Of a stretch of DNA of 64,000 nucleotides, positions 17,446 to 27,683 are shown one piece after another. This DNA is from Candidatus Limnocylindrales bacterium (GTDB taxonomy: Bacteria; Chloroflexota; Limnocylindria; Limnocylindrales; CSP1-4), in the NCBI GenBank assembly GCA_049967415.1, contig JBMFSS010000007.1, positions 6,629-70,628 of the forward strand. The letters run 5' to 3'. The translations under genes were made by a program, and so were the position numbers. Position 1 is the stretch's first letter. Each line of letters starts with the position of its first letter. The notes under the pieces were generated by a model, which saw nothing but the letters and a program-made list of their open reading frames with translations, ran no database searches and had not been told where the DNA came from.

Positions 17446-18429
17446 ATGCATTTGGGGCGGATTCGCGGCGGTGCTGCGCTCGTCTTGGGGCTGGCTCTCC
17501 TGCTGGCGGGCTGCACGGCCGCTGCGCAGACGCCGACCCACGCCCCAGGCGCGCCGGCGAGTCCCGGCAGCGGCCTGGCCGTGACCGCGGTCCCGTCCGG
17601 CCTCCCCGCGACCCCGGCGTCCGCAGCGCCCAGCCCCGGCGCGACCCCGGGTCCGGCCTCGACCTCCGGGGGACGGGCCGCGCAGGTCGCGATCCGCTGG
17701 CCGAGCCCGATCCCCGGCCTCCAGCCCAGCCCCTCGTTCTTCCTCCGGATCCCGATCCTCATGTATCACCGGATCGTGCCGGCCGGGCTGGCGGGCGATT
17801 CGCTTCCCGGGTTGGTGATCTCCCCGGCCTTGTTTGACGCGCAGCTCGCGGCGTTGCATGCCGCCGGCTGGCACACCGTCACGGTGGCGCAGATCAGCCA
17901 GGCGCTTCAGCTGCGCCGGTCCCTGCCGCCTCGCACCTTCGCGATCTCGATCGATGACGGCTGGAATGACGGCTATACGTACGCGCTGCCGATCCTGCAA
18001 CGCTACGGGTTCCACGCCACCTATTACGTGATCGCGGGCCGGGTGGGGGTCTGGAAGAACGTCCTGTCTCCCGCGCAGCTGCGAGCGCTGGTCGCGGCCG
18101 GGATGGAGATCGGCGACCACACGCTGAACCACCGGCAGTTGCCGTCCCTCTCGGCTGCCCAGATGCACGTCCAGGTGGCGACCGCGGCGCGGCTCCTGGC
18201 GGGGTTCGTCGGCCAGCGGCCGGCCACCTTTGCCTACCCTTCGGGCCGGTACAACCTGGCGTCCGAGCAGGAGATCCAGGCCGATGGCTTCGGTATGGCG
18301 GTGATCGAGGGATCCGGGGCCTGGGAGGCGGCGGCCGACCGGTTCGCCGTGCCGCGGGTGCGCGTGAGCCCATCGACGACCCCTGCCCAGCTGCTGGGGA
18401 CGCTGCGTGCCCTGGAGCCCGGCTCCTGA
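17446..18429 (+). CDS. polysaccharide deacetylase (NodB-homology) family lipoprotein
   Basis: Lipobox LLLAGCTAAA, Pro/Ala-rich linker, NodB motifs (SIDDGWNDGY, HTLNHRQL). Confidence 0.8.
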   Translation: MHLGRIRGGAALVLGLALLLAGCTAAAQTPTHAPGAPASPGSGLAVTAVPSGLPATPASAAPSPGATPGPASTSGGRAAQVAIRWPSPIPGLQPSPSFFLRIPILMYHRIVPAGLAGDSLPGLVISPALFDAQLAALHAAGWHTVTVAQISQALQLRRSLPPRTFAISIDDGWNDGYTYALPILQRYGFHATYYVIAGRVGVWKNVLSPAQLRALVAAGMEIGDHTLNHRQLPSLSAAQMHVQVATAARLLAGFVGQRPATFAYPSGRYNLASEQEIQADGFGMAVIEGSGAWEAAADRFAVPRVRVSPSTTPAQLLGTLRALEPGS

Positions 18430-18517
18430 GCGGTCCGGGCGGGCATTCCAGGCCGCCGGCTGCCACTCTCGGTTAGCATGCCGCGGTTCCGCTGATCCGC
18501 ACGAGGTATCCGGTTCC

Positions 18518-19696
18518 ATGGTCGCTTCGCACCAGTCGCAGGAATCCCAGCTGCGCCAGGACCGGCGGATTGTCCTGTACGGACTGGGGCTGATCCTGCT
18601 GACCGGCGCGCTGCTCTTTCTGCCCAACCTGGTCCCCTCGTCCACGCGGCAGGTGGTCTCCGAGCTGGTCCACGCGCGGATCGTGTCGGTGGCGACGGCG
18701 CAGAGCGGCGCCCAGCCGACCGCCACGGTAGTCGTGGTCGGCGGGTCGCAGGCCGGGATGCGCGTGACGGCCGCGCTGCAGGGGCCGAGCAGCCAGCTCC
18801 AGCTTCCGGACTACCGGCCCGGAGACGAGGTCGTCCTGTCCGTCGACCATCAGCCGGGCGCTCCCATCACCTACACGGTGGTCGACCGCTGGCGCCTGCC
18901 GCTCCTGGAGGTACTGGCGGTGGCGTTCGTGGTGACGGCGGCGGCGATCGCTGGCTGGCGCGGGCTGCGTGCCGTGGTGTCGCTGGTACTCACCGTGGGC
19001 TTCACGATCCGCCTGCTCATCCCGCTGCTGCTGGTGGGCTGGAACCCGGTGCTCCTCGCCGTGGCCTTCGGGATCGCCGTGACGGCCCTCAGCTTCCTGC
19101 TGACCCAGGGCGCTTCGCGCACCACGCTGGCCGCGCTCATCGGAACCGGTGCGGGGCTGCTCGTCACCGGGGTCCTGGCCATGCTGGTGACCGCCGCCGC
19201 GCAGTTCACCTCTGCCCAGGGCTCCGAGGAGGTGGTGACCCTGGGGCAGCTGGTGGGCAACCGGATCGACCTGAGTGGGCTGCTGCTGGCGGCTGTGATC
19301 TTTGGTGGCCTGGGCGTGCTGAACGACGCGGCCATGAGCCAGGCCGCCACGGTAGAGGAGCTCGCCGCGGTGGACCCGACGCTGGGCCGGCGCGAGCTGT
19401 TTGCCCGGGCCATGAACGTGGGCGTGGCCCACCTGGCGGCCACCATCAACACCCTCGTCTTCGCCTATCTGGGGACCGCCCTCCCGCTCCTGGTGATCCT
19501 GGCCATCCAGGTGAGTGCGTTCAGCGTGGCGATCAACCAGGAGGTGATCGCAGTGGAAGTGGTGCGCACGCTGGTGGGCAGCCTGGGCATTCTCGCCGCG
19601 GTGCCCTTCACCACTGCGGTGGCCGCTGCCTGGCAGGGGCCGGAGGCGCGTGCGGCGCGGGTTGCGCTGGACCCCACGGCGAACGCCGCGGGCTGA
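18518..19696 (+). CDS. YibE/F family membrane protein
   Basis: N-terminal extracytoplasmic region then 6-7 TM helices. Conserved RTLVGSLGILAAVPFTTAVAAA C-terminus typical of YibE/F. Confidence 0.7.
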   Translation: MVASHQSQESQLRQDRRIVLYGLGLILLTGALLFLPNLVPSSTRQVVSELVHARIVSVATAQSGAQPTATVVVVGGSQAGMRVTAALQGPSSQLQLPDYRPGDEVVLSVDHQPGAPITYTVVDRWRLPLLEVLAVAFVVTAAAIAGWRGLRAVVSLVLTVGFTIRLLIPLLLVGWNPVLLAVAFGIAVTALSFLLTQGASRTTLAALIGTGAGLLVTGVLAMLVTAAAQFTSAQGSEEVVTLGQLVGNRIDLSGLLLAAVIFGGLGVLNDAAMSQAATVEELAAVDPTLGRRELFARAMNVGVAHLAATINTLVFAYLGTALPLLVILAIQVSAFSVAINQEVIAVEVVRTLVGSLGILAAVPFTTAVAAAWQGPEARAARVALDPTANAAG

Positions 19697-19768
19697 TCGC
19701 GCCAGACCGGGAACGCCCCGGCGCGCGCCGCGAGGCGCGGCCGGCGCCGCCGCGCTGAACGCAGCGGA

Positions 19769-21076
19769 TCAGGGACGGACCGCCGAGGCGGGCGCCGTCG
19801 GCGCAGCCAGGCGGCCCGTGCGCGCGACCTGGCCCAGCAGGCGCGCCGAGGGCCGGACGATGCGCTGCTGTGTCGCGCGCTCCACGCCGATCAGGCCGAA
19901 GGTCATCCGGTAGCCACTGGTCCACTCGAAGTTGTCGAGCAGGCTCCAGTGGATGTAGCCGCGCAACGGGATCCCCTCGGCCACAGTCGCATGCAGCGCC
20001 GCCAGGCCCCGCTCGATGTACTCCACCCGGTCCGCGTCGTCGGCGGTGGCCACGCCATGCTCGGTCACCACGATCGCCTTGCCGGGGTAGAGGGCGGCCG
20101 CCCGGCGCACGGTCACGGCCACCGCCTCGGGCCGGAACTCGTAGCCCATCTGCGTGAGGCGTGCGCCGTTCCCCGCCACTGCGGCCGGGGCCCGGCGCAT
20201 CTCGCGCCGCACGAGCCAGGGCACCAGCACCGTCTCCGCCCGGGGGATGGCCAGCGCCAGACGGGTGAGCGGCCCCAGGATCGCCGGTGCCTCCAGGCGG
20301 GCCACGGTATAGGTCTGCACCCCGATGAAGTCGTCCTCCGCGCACGCCTCCAGGAAGACGTCCTCGTTCATGCGGCGCAGGTACTCCAGGGCCGGGCGGC
20401 CGCCCGCGTTCCACTCCCAGGCCTGCATGGAGTGCGTGGCGCCCACCCGTGCCGCCGGGCGTACCTCTTTCACGGCCGCGCGTGCCCGCCGATGTCCTTC
20501 CACCAGGCCGTGGATCGCGCGCTTCCAGGTTGCCACGTCGGTGGTCCCGGGCGGAAAGCCGAACGCACCCAGGTAGCCGCCGAAGGCCACCACCCCAGGC
20601 TCGTTGATGGTGCAATACCAGTCCACCGTGTCGCCCAGCGCCGCGGTCACGCGCCGGCAGTACCGCTCGAAACGTGCCGGTGCCTCTGGCGCGCACCAGC
20701 CGCCCCGTTCGGCCAGCCAGGCCGGCAGGGTGAAGTGGTTGAGCGTCACCATGGGGGTCAGACCGTGCTGCCGCACGGTCTCCGTCATGCGCCGGTAATG
20801 GTCGATCTCGGCCTCGGCGAAGGCGTCCTCGCCGGGCTCCACGCGGGCCCATTCCACGGAGAACCGGTAGGTGTTCAGACCCAGGTCGGCCAGCAGTGCG
20901 ACGTCGGCCGGATAGCGATGGTAGTGGTCACAGGCGATCCCACTCGGTTCGCGGCAGGGCGATCCGGGCCGCAGCTCCCAGGCCCACCAGTCGCTGTGCG
21001 TGTTGTTGCCCTCCACCTGGTGGGCGGCGGTTGCCGCACCCCACAGAAAACCGGCCGGGAAGACCAGTTCGTTCAT
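19769..21076 (-). CDS. GH1 family beta-glucosidase
   Basis: MNELVFPAGFLWGAATAAHQVEGN...YRFSVEWARVEP...TLNHFTLPAWL...(T)INEPGVVA (acid/base Glu)...IVVTEHGVA (nucleophile Glu)...WSLLDNFEWTSGY. It is the C-terminal 435 aa of the artefactual 1373-aa ORF. Confidence 0.9.
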   Translation of the reverse strand: MNELVFPAGFLWGAATAAHQVEGNNTHSDWWAWELRPGSPCREPSGIACDHYHRYPADVALLADLGLNTYRFSVEWARVEPGEDAFAEAEIDHYRRMTETVRQHGLTPMVTLNHFTLPAWLAERGGWCAPEAPARFERYCRRVTAALGDTVDWYCTINEPGVVAFGGYLGAFGFPPGTTDVATWKRAIHGLVEGHRRARAAVKEVRPAARVGATHSMQAWEWNAGGRPALEYLRRMNEDVFLEACAEDDFIGVQTYTVARLEAPAILGPLTRLALAIPRAETVLVPWLVRREMRRAPAAVAGNGARLTQMGYEFRPEAVAVTVRRAAALYPGKAIVVTEHGVATADDADRVEYIERGLAALHATVAEGIPLRGYIHWSLLDNFEWTSGYRMTFGLIGVERATQQRIVRPSARLLGQVARTGRLAAPTAPASAVRP

Positions 21077-22023
21077 GCGCCGCAGGAGGCGCGGGCGGTG
21101 CCAGCCCAATGCGCGAGCCACCGCACCTCTCGCGGGGCCTCGGCCACCGCCCAGTACGAGGCGGTGGCGTAGGCGATCCCCCCGAGCACGTCCACCAGGT
21201 AGTGGTCCCCCAGGTAGATGATCGCGAACCAGGCGGCCACCGAGTAGGCCAGGACAGCCCAGCGTGCGCGGCCCAGGACGCGGCGCGCCACCAGGAAAGC
21301 CAGGAACGGGTAGGCGGCGTGGATCGAAGGGAACGAGGCGATCTGGTCGGGGCTGATGTTCCCGAACGCGAGGCTGAAGATGGCGCGGCCATCCAGTCCG
21401 GCGCTGTCCACGATCCCGGCAAAGGCGCTCGGCTGGAGGTACGTGATCAGCGGGTGCCCGCCCGGCCCGGGTACGTACCCATGCGCAGCCGCCCACCAGG
21501 GTGGTGCCACCGGGACCAGCAGGTACGTGCAGAAGGCCGCCATCGAGAGCACCACCAGCGCCCCGACGAAATCGTAGAAGACGGACCGGTCTCGGAACCA
21601 GAGAAACGCGGCCACGGCCAGGGGGAGCGGCACGTGCAGGATGTAGATGACGGTGGCCGCCAGGGCCACAGGGTCCACGCCGTGCAACGGGTGGAAGGCC
21701 GATTGCAGGATGGCGGTGGCCAGCTGGCCACCCAGCAGCGTGCGCTCCAGGTCGATCACTCCGGCAACGTGTACCATCGCGTCGAGCGTCGCGCGGTAGC
21801 CACGGATCAGCTCGTAGGCCAGGGCGATGGCGGCGAGCGGCACCCAGTCGCGGAAGGGGAGGCGGCGGCGGAGGGCCAGCACCGCAACCAGCAGCAGCGC
21901 GACCCCGAGCACGGCCGGCGTCAGGTCCACGCCATCGAGCAGCGCCATGCCGCCCAGCACCGCCCCGTAGACGGCCATGCTCCCGAGGAGGATGCGGTCG
22001 TTCCGTGACCGTGCGTCGCGCAT
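21073..22023 (-). CDS. PAP2-superfamily integral membrane protein (phosphatase/phosphotransferase)
   Basis: Multi-TM protein with PAP2 motifs SFPSIHAAY and YLGDHYLVDVLGG. ATGA overlap with the GH1 start. Start chosen at the ATG at 22023; it could be 22089. Confidence 0.6.
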   Translation of the reverse strand: MRDARSRNDRILLGSMAVYGAVLGGMALLDGVDLTPAVLGVALLLVAVLALRRRLPFRDWVPLAAIALAYELIRGYRATLDAMVHVAGVIDLERTLLGGQLATAILQSAFHPLHGVDPVALAATVIYILHVPLPLAVAAFLWFRDRSVFYDFVGALVVLSMAAFCTYLLVPVAPPWWAAAHGYVPGPGGHPLITYLQPSAFAGIVDSAGLDGRAIFSLAFGNISPDQIASFPSIHAAYPFLAFLVARRVLGRARWAVLAYSVAAWFAIIYLGDHYLVDVLGGIAYATASYWAVAEAPREVRWLAHWAGTARASCGA

Positions 22024-22351
22024 CGGGCGTGCGTCGCCGTTCGGTCGCCCGACGGGCAAGACAGCGCGACGCGTCACGTGGGCTTTCATCCTCCTGGGCC
22101 ATGCTCCCCGGCCGTTCGCCGCGGATCGTACCGCGTTGACGCGGTGCCCCATGGCACGAGGGCCACGGTATGGCAGCCAACTGAAGGCAACCTGAACCGT
22201 CCGTGACGAACTGGGCGGGGCCGAGCGGCCCCTGGCCGCTTCCGCCGGCCGCGCCCCCGCGGCAGGCGGAAGCGGCGCCGTGGGGAACGGGGGCCGGGCC
22301 TTGGTTCCACGGCGGTGGGCGGCGGGCCGGCGTTGCTGCGATACTCGGCGC

Positions 22352-23416
22352 GTGGAACAGGATCGTGACCAGCTCACGGCCTCGCCCGGCCTGGACATAC
22401 CCCTCGCGCGATTTCGGGAGGCGGCCGACCGGATCCGTGGCCGTGTGCGGCGCACCCCCGTCCTGTCCTCGCGGACCGCGGGCCAGGTCGTCCGGGACGT
22501 GCAGGCCGTGGCGCTCTCGCCCGGGCCCCCGGCCGACGGTCAGCCGCGGGTTTTCGTCAAGGCCGAGCACCTGCAGCTGACCGGCTCGTTCAAACCGCGG
22601 GGCGCGACCAACAAGGCCGATCAGCTGACCGACGACGAGCGGCGTCGCGGGCTCATCGCGTTGTCCGCGGGCAACCACGCCCAGGCCGTGGCCCAGGTTG
22701 CGGCCAGCCGTGGCATCCCGGTCACCGTGGTGATGCCCGCTGGCGCCTCGCAGGCCAAGGCCGCCGCCGCGCGCAAGTACGGCGCTGAAGTCGTCCTGTA
22801 TGGCGAGCATGTCGGCGACGCATATCGGCGCCTCGAGGAGATCCGCGAGGCCCGGGGCCTGGTCTACGTCCACCCGTTCGATGACCCCGCCATCATTGCC
22901 GGGCAGGGAACCACTGGCCTCGAGATTCTGGAGGACCTCCCCCAGGTCGACGTGATCGTGGTGGGTGTGGGCGGGGGCGGCCTCGCGACGGGGATCGCGG
23001 CGGCGGTCCGGCAGCTGCGCCCGTCGGTGCGCGTGTACGGCGTGGAACCGGTGGCAAGCAACGCGCTGAGCCTCGCGCTCGAGGCAGGGCGCGTGGTGGA
23101 GCTGGACCCGGTCAGCATCGCCGATGGGCTTGGCGCGCCGTTTGCCGGACCGTGGGTGATGGCGCTGGCGCGAAAGTACCTGGAGGGGATCGTGCTCCTC
23201 GAAGACCATGAGATCGCGGCCGGAGTCCGGTTCGCCCTGGAGCGCATGAAGCAGCTCCTGGAGCCGGCCGGCGCGGCGGCCCTGGGAGCCGTGATCGCGG
23301 GTCGCATTCCGCTCCGGGACGGCGACTCGGTCTGCGTGGTGGCCTCGGGGGGCAACGTTGACCTGGACCGGCTGCCCGGGATCCTGGCGCTCGCGGCGGA
23401 CGTGCGGTGGCCGTGA
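22352..23416 (+). CDS. threonine/serine dehydratase (PLP fold type II, catabolic type without ACT domain)
   Basis: GSFKPRGATNK (PLP-binding Lys), SAGNHAQAVA, GVGGGGLATGIAAA glycine loop. GTG start at 22352. Confidence 0.8.
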   Translation: MEQDRDQLTASPGLDIPLARFREAADRIRGRVRRTPVLSSRTAGQVVRDVQAVALSPGPPADGQPRVFVKAEHLQLTGSFKPRGATNKADQLTDDERRRGLIALSAGNHAQAVAQVAASRGIPVTVVMPAGASQAKAAAARKYGAEVVLYGEHVGDAYRRLEEIREARGLVYVHPFDDPAIIAGQGTTGLEILEDLPQVDVIVVGVGGGGLATGIAAAVRQLRPSVRVYGVEPVASNALSLALEAGRVVELDPVSIADGLGAPFAGPWVMALARKYLEGIVLLEDHEIAAGVRFALERMKQLLEPAGAAALGAVIAGRIPLRDGDSVCVVASGGNVDLDRLPGILALAADVRWP

Positions 23417-24483
23417 GCGGGACGCGGCACCGGCGCCTGGCGCTGGCGGGCTACGGCGCCGTTGCCCAGGCCCTGGTCGCCTTGCTGGCGCAGACGGCCG
23501 GCGAGCTGGCGGTGCGCTATGCCGTTGCCTGCGATGTGACCGCCGTGGCCACGCGCCGGGGTGGGCTGGTGGCCGATGCAGGCGGCCTGGACCCGGAGCG
23601 GATCGCGGCGGCGTCACATCCATCGTCCGGCTCCCGGAGCGGTGCGGAGGCCGCGCCGTGGCCCGACCTCGTCGCCTTCCTGGCCGACCCCGGGGCGCCG
23701 TATGACGTCCTGGTCGAGGTGACCACGCAGTCCCCGCGTGACGGCGAGCCGGCGGCGCGGCACATTCGGGCTGCCCTCGGTTCGGGCCGCGATGTGGTGA
23801 CCGCCAACAAGGGCCCCATCGCGTGGCACGAGGCGGAGCTGCGGCGCCTGGCCGAAGCGTCAGGCGCGCGCCTTCGGTACGAGGCGGCATTGATGGACTG
23901 TCTGCCCACCCATGCGATCCGCGAGACGTTGCTGCCGGTCGGGCGGGTGGAGCGTTTCGCCGGCGTCGTCAACGCGACCACCAACGCGATCCTCTCGGCG
24001 ATGGCCGAGGGCCGCAGCGCAGCCGAGGCCCTCGCCGAGGCGCAGCGTGCCGGCCAAGCAGAGGCGGACCCCCGCAACGACACCGAGGGCCACGACGCGG
24101 CCCTGAAGGCGACCATCCTCGCGAACCTGTTGCTGGACCCGCCGGAGCTGATCACGCCCGACCGGGTCGAGCGGCGCGGCCTGGAGGCGGTGCCCGATGG
24201 CTGGCCGGCCGAAGCCGTGGGTCGAGCGGCGCGGGTGCGGCTCGTGGCAAGGGGCGAGCGGTCGGGGGAGGGCCCGGGGGATACCGTCCGCGTGCGGGTC
24301 GGCCCGGAAGAGCTGCCCCTCGGGGACTCCCTCGCTGCGGTCGGTGATCACTCCATGGCGCTGCGCGTGACGTCCGAGTACGGCGGCGACCTCCAGCTCA
24401 CGCTCCTGGGCGCACCGGTCCAGGCGACCGCCTACGCGATCCTGATGGACCTGGTCGCGCTGGAGCGGACGGTGCGGCGGTGA
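23407..24483 (+). CDS. homoserine dehydrogenase-like NAD(P)-binding oxidoreductase (no ACT domain)
   Basis: LAGYGAVAQALVALL Rossmann start, DVVTANKGPIAWH. Overlaps the previous gene by 10 nt. Confidence 0.65.
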   Translation: MAVSGTRHRRLALAGYGAVAQALVALLAQTAGELAVRYAVACDVTAVATRRGGLVADAGGLDPERIAAASHPSSGSRSGAEAAPWPDLVAFLADPGAPYDVLVEVTTQSPRDGEPAARHIRAALGSGRDVVTANKGPIAWHEAELRRLAEASGARLRYEAALMDCLPTHAIRETLLPVGRVERFAGVVNATTNAILSAMAEGRSAAEALAEAQRAGQAEADPRNDTEGHDAALKATILANLLLDPPELITPDRVERRGLEAVPDGWPAEAVGRAARVRLVARGERSGEGPGDTVRVRVGPEELPLGDSLAAVGDHSMALRVTSEYGGDLQLTLLGAPVQATAYAILMDLVALERTVRR

Positions 24484-24588
24484 GGGGCTACCGGGGCCGA
24501 GGCGCCTCTGGGGGTTGACGCGCCCGGGGAACCGAACCGCCGGCCGGGACGAAGCGGCCGCGGAGGCGCACTTCCGGCGGTCACCCGG

Positions 24589-25023
24589 TCAGCCGACACC
24601 CAGCTCCGTCAGGCGGTCCTCGTCGAAGCCGGCGTGGTGTGCCAGCTCGTGGACCAGGGTGATCCGCACCTCCTCTGCCAGGTCGATGGGGTCCGGAAAG
24701 TCCTCCTCGAGGGGGAGCCGGAAGAGGGTGATCTTGTTGGGAAGCACGGCCCAGTCGGAGGCGTACTCAGTGGGGGGAACCCCTTCGTACAGGCCGTAGA
24801 GCATCTCCCCCGGCCGGAGCCCGGCTGTGCGCCGCTGCTCCGCGCTGGGGACGTCGTCGACCACCACTGCCACCTCGTCAAGAAGCGGGCGGAGTTGTGC
24901 TGGAAGCGTGTCCATGGCGTGCTCCAGCGCCTGCTCGAAGAGCGACTGCCTGAACGAGCGCGGCGGCTGGTGCGGACGGCGACGGGCCTGACTGCCACGG
25001 CGACGGAGCGGCATGCGCTCCAT
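24589..25023 (-). CDS. zinc metallopeptidase family protein (zincin-like, HExxH)
   Basis: C-terminal TLVHELAHHAGFDE has the HExxH motif. Resembles the small MJ0611/DUF1025-type metallopeptidase family. Confidence 0.65.
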   Translation of the reverse strand: MERMPLRRRGSQARRRPHQPPRSFRQSLFEQALEHAMDTLPAQLRPLLDEVAVVVDDVPSAEQRRTAGLRPGEMLYGLYEGVPPTEYASDWAVLPNKITLFRLPLEEDFPDPIDLAEEVRITLVHELAHHAGFDEDRLTELGVG

Positions 25024-25067
25024 CCTACCCTGCCGGGCGCTCGCGGTGGCCGTCGTACCATGTGGCA

Positions 25068-25250
25068 ATGGACCTTGGCCTGCTGCTCGTGGTGATCCTG
25101 ATCGCGGTCTTTGTGTGGCGCGGCCCCCGGACGCTTCCGGAGCTCGGCCGGATGTTCGGCGAGGGTGTGCGTGCGGTCCGGCGGGAAGCGCGACGTGACC
25201 CCGGCCATGACAGGGACTCGTCCCTGCCGCCCGAACAGGACGGTCGCTGA
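25068..25250 (+). CDS. tatA: twin-arginine translocase subunit TatA/E
   Basis: MDLGLLLVVILIAVFVWRGPRTLPELGRMFGEGVRAVRR: one TM helix followed by the conserved PELGR amphipathic helix. 60 aa. Confidence 0.7.
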   Translation: MDLGLLLVVILIAVFVWRGPRTLPELGRMFGEGVRAVRREARRDPGHDRDSSLPPEQDGR

Positions 25251-25253
25251 GGC

Positions 25254-25985
25254 GTGGAACGGCTGCCCGAGCACGTCCGCGCGCTGGTGAGCGAGATCGA
25301 GACCGAGATCGGCGAGGACGGGGCCGAGCCGCCCGAGCCGGTTGGGCCCACGCCGGCCGAGATCATCGAGGGTCAGCCGGCGGGACCGGACGGGCAGGCG
25401 CCGCAACTGGAGGGGGATGCGCTGGCCGTGGAGGCCGCGGTCCGCCAGATCCTGGTCGAGATCGGCGAGGATCCCGATCGCCCGGGGTTGGTGGCCACGC
25501 CGCGGCGCGTGCACCGGATGTATGCCGAGCTGACGGCGGGCTACCACGTGGACCCCGCGCGGCTCATCAACAATGCCATCTTCGACGTCGACTACAGCGA
25601 GATGGTGGTCGTCAAGGAGATCCCCTTTTACAGCCTCTGCGAGCACCACCTGCTCCCGTTCTTCGGGAGTGCTGCGGTCGCCTACGTCCCGAAGGGCCGC
25701 GTGATCGGGCTCTCCAAGATCCCGCGGATCGTCGAGATGTACGCCCGGCGTCTCCAGGTGCAGGAGCGGATGACCCAGCAGATCGCCGACTTCCTGATGG
25801 AAACGGTGGATCCAATGGGCGTTGCCGTGGTGCTGGAGGCCACCCACCTGTGTGCCGTCATGCGGGGCGTCAAGAAGAGCGGGACCGTGATGACGACCAG
25901 CGCAGTGCTGGGGGTCTTCCGCCGCAGCGACCGCACGCGGGCGGAGTTCTTCTCGCACCTCGATCGGCGCCCGCCGGGCGAGTGA
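25254..25985 (+). CDS. folE: GTP cyclohydrolase I
   Basis: [17 protein letters not shown]...[14 protein letters not shown]...[11 protein letters not shown]...[14 protein letters not shown]: FolE signature. A 50-aa acidic N-terminal extension. GTG start 4 nt after the tatA stop. Confidence 0.9.
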   Translation: MERLPEHVRALVSEIETEIGEDGAEPPEPVGPTPAEIIEGQPAGPDGQAPQLEGDALAVEAAVRQILVEIGEDPDRPGLVATPRRVHRMYAELTAGYHVDPARLINNAIFDVDYSEMVVVKEIPFYSLCEHHLLPFFGSAAVAYVPKGRVIGLSKIPRIVEMYARRLQVQERMTQQIADFLMETVDPMGVAVVLEATHLCAVMRGVKKSGTVMTTSAVLGVFRRSDRTRAEFFSHLDRRPPGE

Positions 25986-26048
25986 CGGCCGGCGCGTCTC
26001 GCCCTGCGACGTATGATGCGCGGCGATGAACAGGCGAGAGCACGCTGG

Positions 26049-26459
26049 ATGACCGAACGCCCCATCAAGGTCCTCATCGCGAAGCCCGGGCTCGACGGCC
26101 ACGACCGGGGCGCGAAAGTGCTGGCGCGCGGGCTGCGGGACGAAGGATTCGAGGTGGTCTACACCGGGCTTCGGCAGACGCCCGAGATGATCGCATCGGC
26201 CGCGCTCCAGGAGGACGTGGACGTGGTGGGACTGTCGATCCTCTCCGGAGCCCACATGACGCTGCTCCCCCGGGTCTGCCGGGCGCTGCGCGAGGAGGGA
26301 CTTGGCGACGTGCTGGTGACGGCGGGCGGGATCATCCCGGACGACGATATCCCCGCCCTGCGAGAGGCTGGCGTGGACCGTGTGTTCGGTCCCGGCACCA
26401 CCATCGGCGAGGTCGCGGAGTACCTGCGCGCCAACGTCCGTCCGCGTGACGGGGCCTGA
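26049..26459 (+). CDS. acyl-CoA mutase B12-binding small subunit
   Basis: [40 protein letters not shown]: DxHxxG His-on cobalamin motif and Rossmann fold. About 135 aa; an alternative ATG at 26013 adds 12 aa. Confidence 0.85.
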   Translation: MTERPIKVLIAKPGLDGHDRGAKVLARGLRDEGFEVVYTGLRQTPEMIASAALQEDVDVVGLSILSGAHMTLLPRVCRALREEGLGDVLVTAGGIIPDDDIPALREAGVDRVFGPGTTIGEVAEYLRANVRPRDGA

Positions 26460-26562
26460 CGTCCGCGTGACCCGGCCTGACGGCGCGCGGGACCGGCCCT
26501 CCCTGAACCCCCCGCCGCTGCCCGCCGGCCGGCCCGGGCAGGGCGCCCAGGAGGTCACCGTG

Positions 26563-27648
26563 ATGTCCCGCGGCGTGGCACTGGCGGAGCGCGCGCGGTC
26601 GGGCGATCGGCGAAGCCTGGCGCGCCTGCTGACCGAGATCGAGAACCGGACGCGCGTTGCCGAGACCGCGCTGCGCTTCCTCTACCCGGCCGCCGGACAG
26701 GCGCAGCTGGTCGGGATCACGGGGGCGCCGGGTGCCGGCAAGTCGACCCTGGTGGCGGCCCTGGTGCGTGCCGTTCGCGCGTCGGGACGCGCGGCGGCCG
26801 TTCTCGCCATCGACCCATCCAGCCCCATCACCGGCGGGGCCATCCTGGGCGACCGGATCCGCATGCAGGAGCATGCCGGTGACCCGAACGTCTTCATCCG
26901 CTCCATGGCCTCTCGCGGGCATGCCGGCGGTCTTGCCGCGGCCGCGGCGGATGCCGCCGCGGCGCTCGACGCGGCCGGCTTCGACATGGTCTTCCTGGAG
27001 ACCGTGGGGGCCGGGCAGAGCGAGGTGGAGGTGGCCTCCATTGCGGACACGACTCTGGTGGTGGAAGCGCCTGAGATGGGCGACGAAGTGCAGGCGATCA
27101 AAGCGGGCCTGCTCGAAGTGGCCGACATCGTGGTGGTCACCAAGGGCGACCGGCCCGGGGCCCAGCGGACGGCTGCCCAGCTGCGGGCGATGCTGACGAT
27201 CGGGGCGGATGGCGACGCGACGGCGCGGGCACGTGCAGCCGCGTCCGGCCGGCGGCAGCCCAAGCGGCCGCAGGTGCTGCTGGTCACCGCGCCCACCGGA
27301 GACGGGATTCCGGAGCTCGTGGCGGCCCTCGAGCGGCGGGCCCCCGAGCGTGACCTGGGGGCATTCGAGATGGCACGGCTGGCGCGGGCCGCGGTGCAGC
27401 TCGACACCGTGGTGGCCGAGCGGCTGCACGCGCAGCTGCACGCCCCGGCCCGGGCCGCGGCGTTCCAGGAGACCGTGCATGCGATCGCTCATCACGAGCT
27501 GGATCCCTACGCGGCGGCGGATCGGGTGCTCTCGTGGCTGGAACGGGAGCCGGGCGCCCAGGAAGGGCGGGAGCCGAACCGCGTGGCGGGCGAGCGGCGG
27601 CGGCCCGTGCCCGGGGGCAACCGGCGGGAAAGCACCACGGAGGGCTGA
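26563..27648 (+). CDS. meaB: methylmalonyl-CoA mutase-associated GTPase (MeaB/ArgK family)
   Basis: GGAGG ribosome-binding site then ATG. P-loop GITGAPGAGKST, LETVGAGQSE (switch), VTKGD (NKxD-like). The track ORF starts upstream inside the B12-subunit gene. Confidence 0.9.
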   Translation: MSRGVALAERARSGDRRSLARLLTEIENRTRVAETALRFLYPAAGQAQLVGITGAPGAGKSTLVAALVRAVRASGRAAAVLAIDPSSPITGGAILGDRIRMQEHAGDPNVFIRSMASRGHAGGLAAAAADAAAALDAAGFDMVFLETVGAGQSEVEVASIADTTLVVEAPEMGDEVQAIKAGLLEVADIVVVTKGDRPGAQRTAAQLRAMLTIGADGDATARARAAASGRRQPKRPQVLLVTAPTGDGIPELVAALERRAPERDLGAFEMARLARAAVQLDTVVAERLHAQLHAPARAAAFQETVHAIAHHELDPYAAADRVLSWLEREPGAQEGREPNRVAGERRRPVPGGNRRESTTEG

Positions 27649-27683
27649 CGGGACCATCCCGTGGTGCAGTACCCTTCGGGTCC

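Noticed and set aside
19769-23890. 1373-aa minus-strand ORF in the track
   Set aside because: Only the last 435 codons (GH1 beta-glucosidase) and the preceding PAP2 gene are real. The upstream roughly 1.8 kb is antisense to the threonine dehydratase and homoserine-dehydrogenase-like genes and translates to Arg/Pro/Gly-rich low-complexity sequence typical of GC-rich antisense frames.
24609-26558. 649-aa minus-strand ORF
   Set aside because: It is antisense to the tatA, folE and mutase small-subunit genes and has no motifs.
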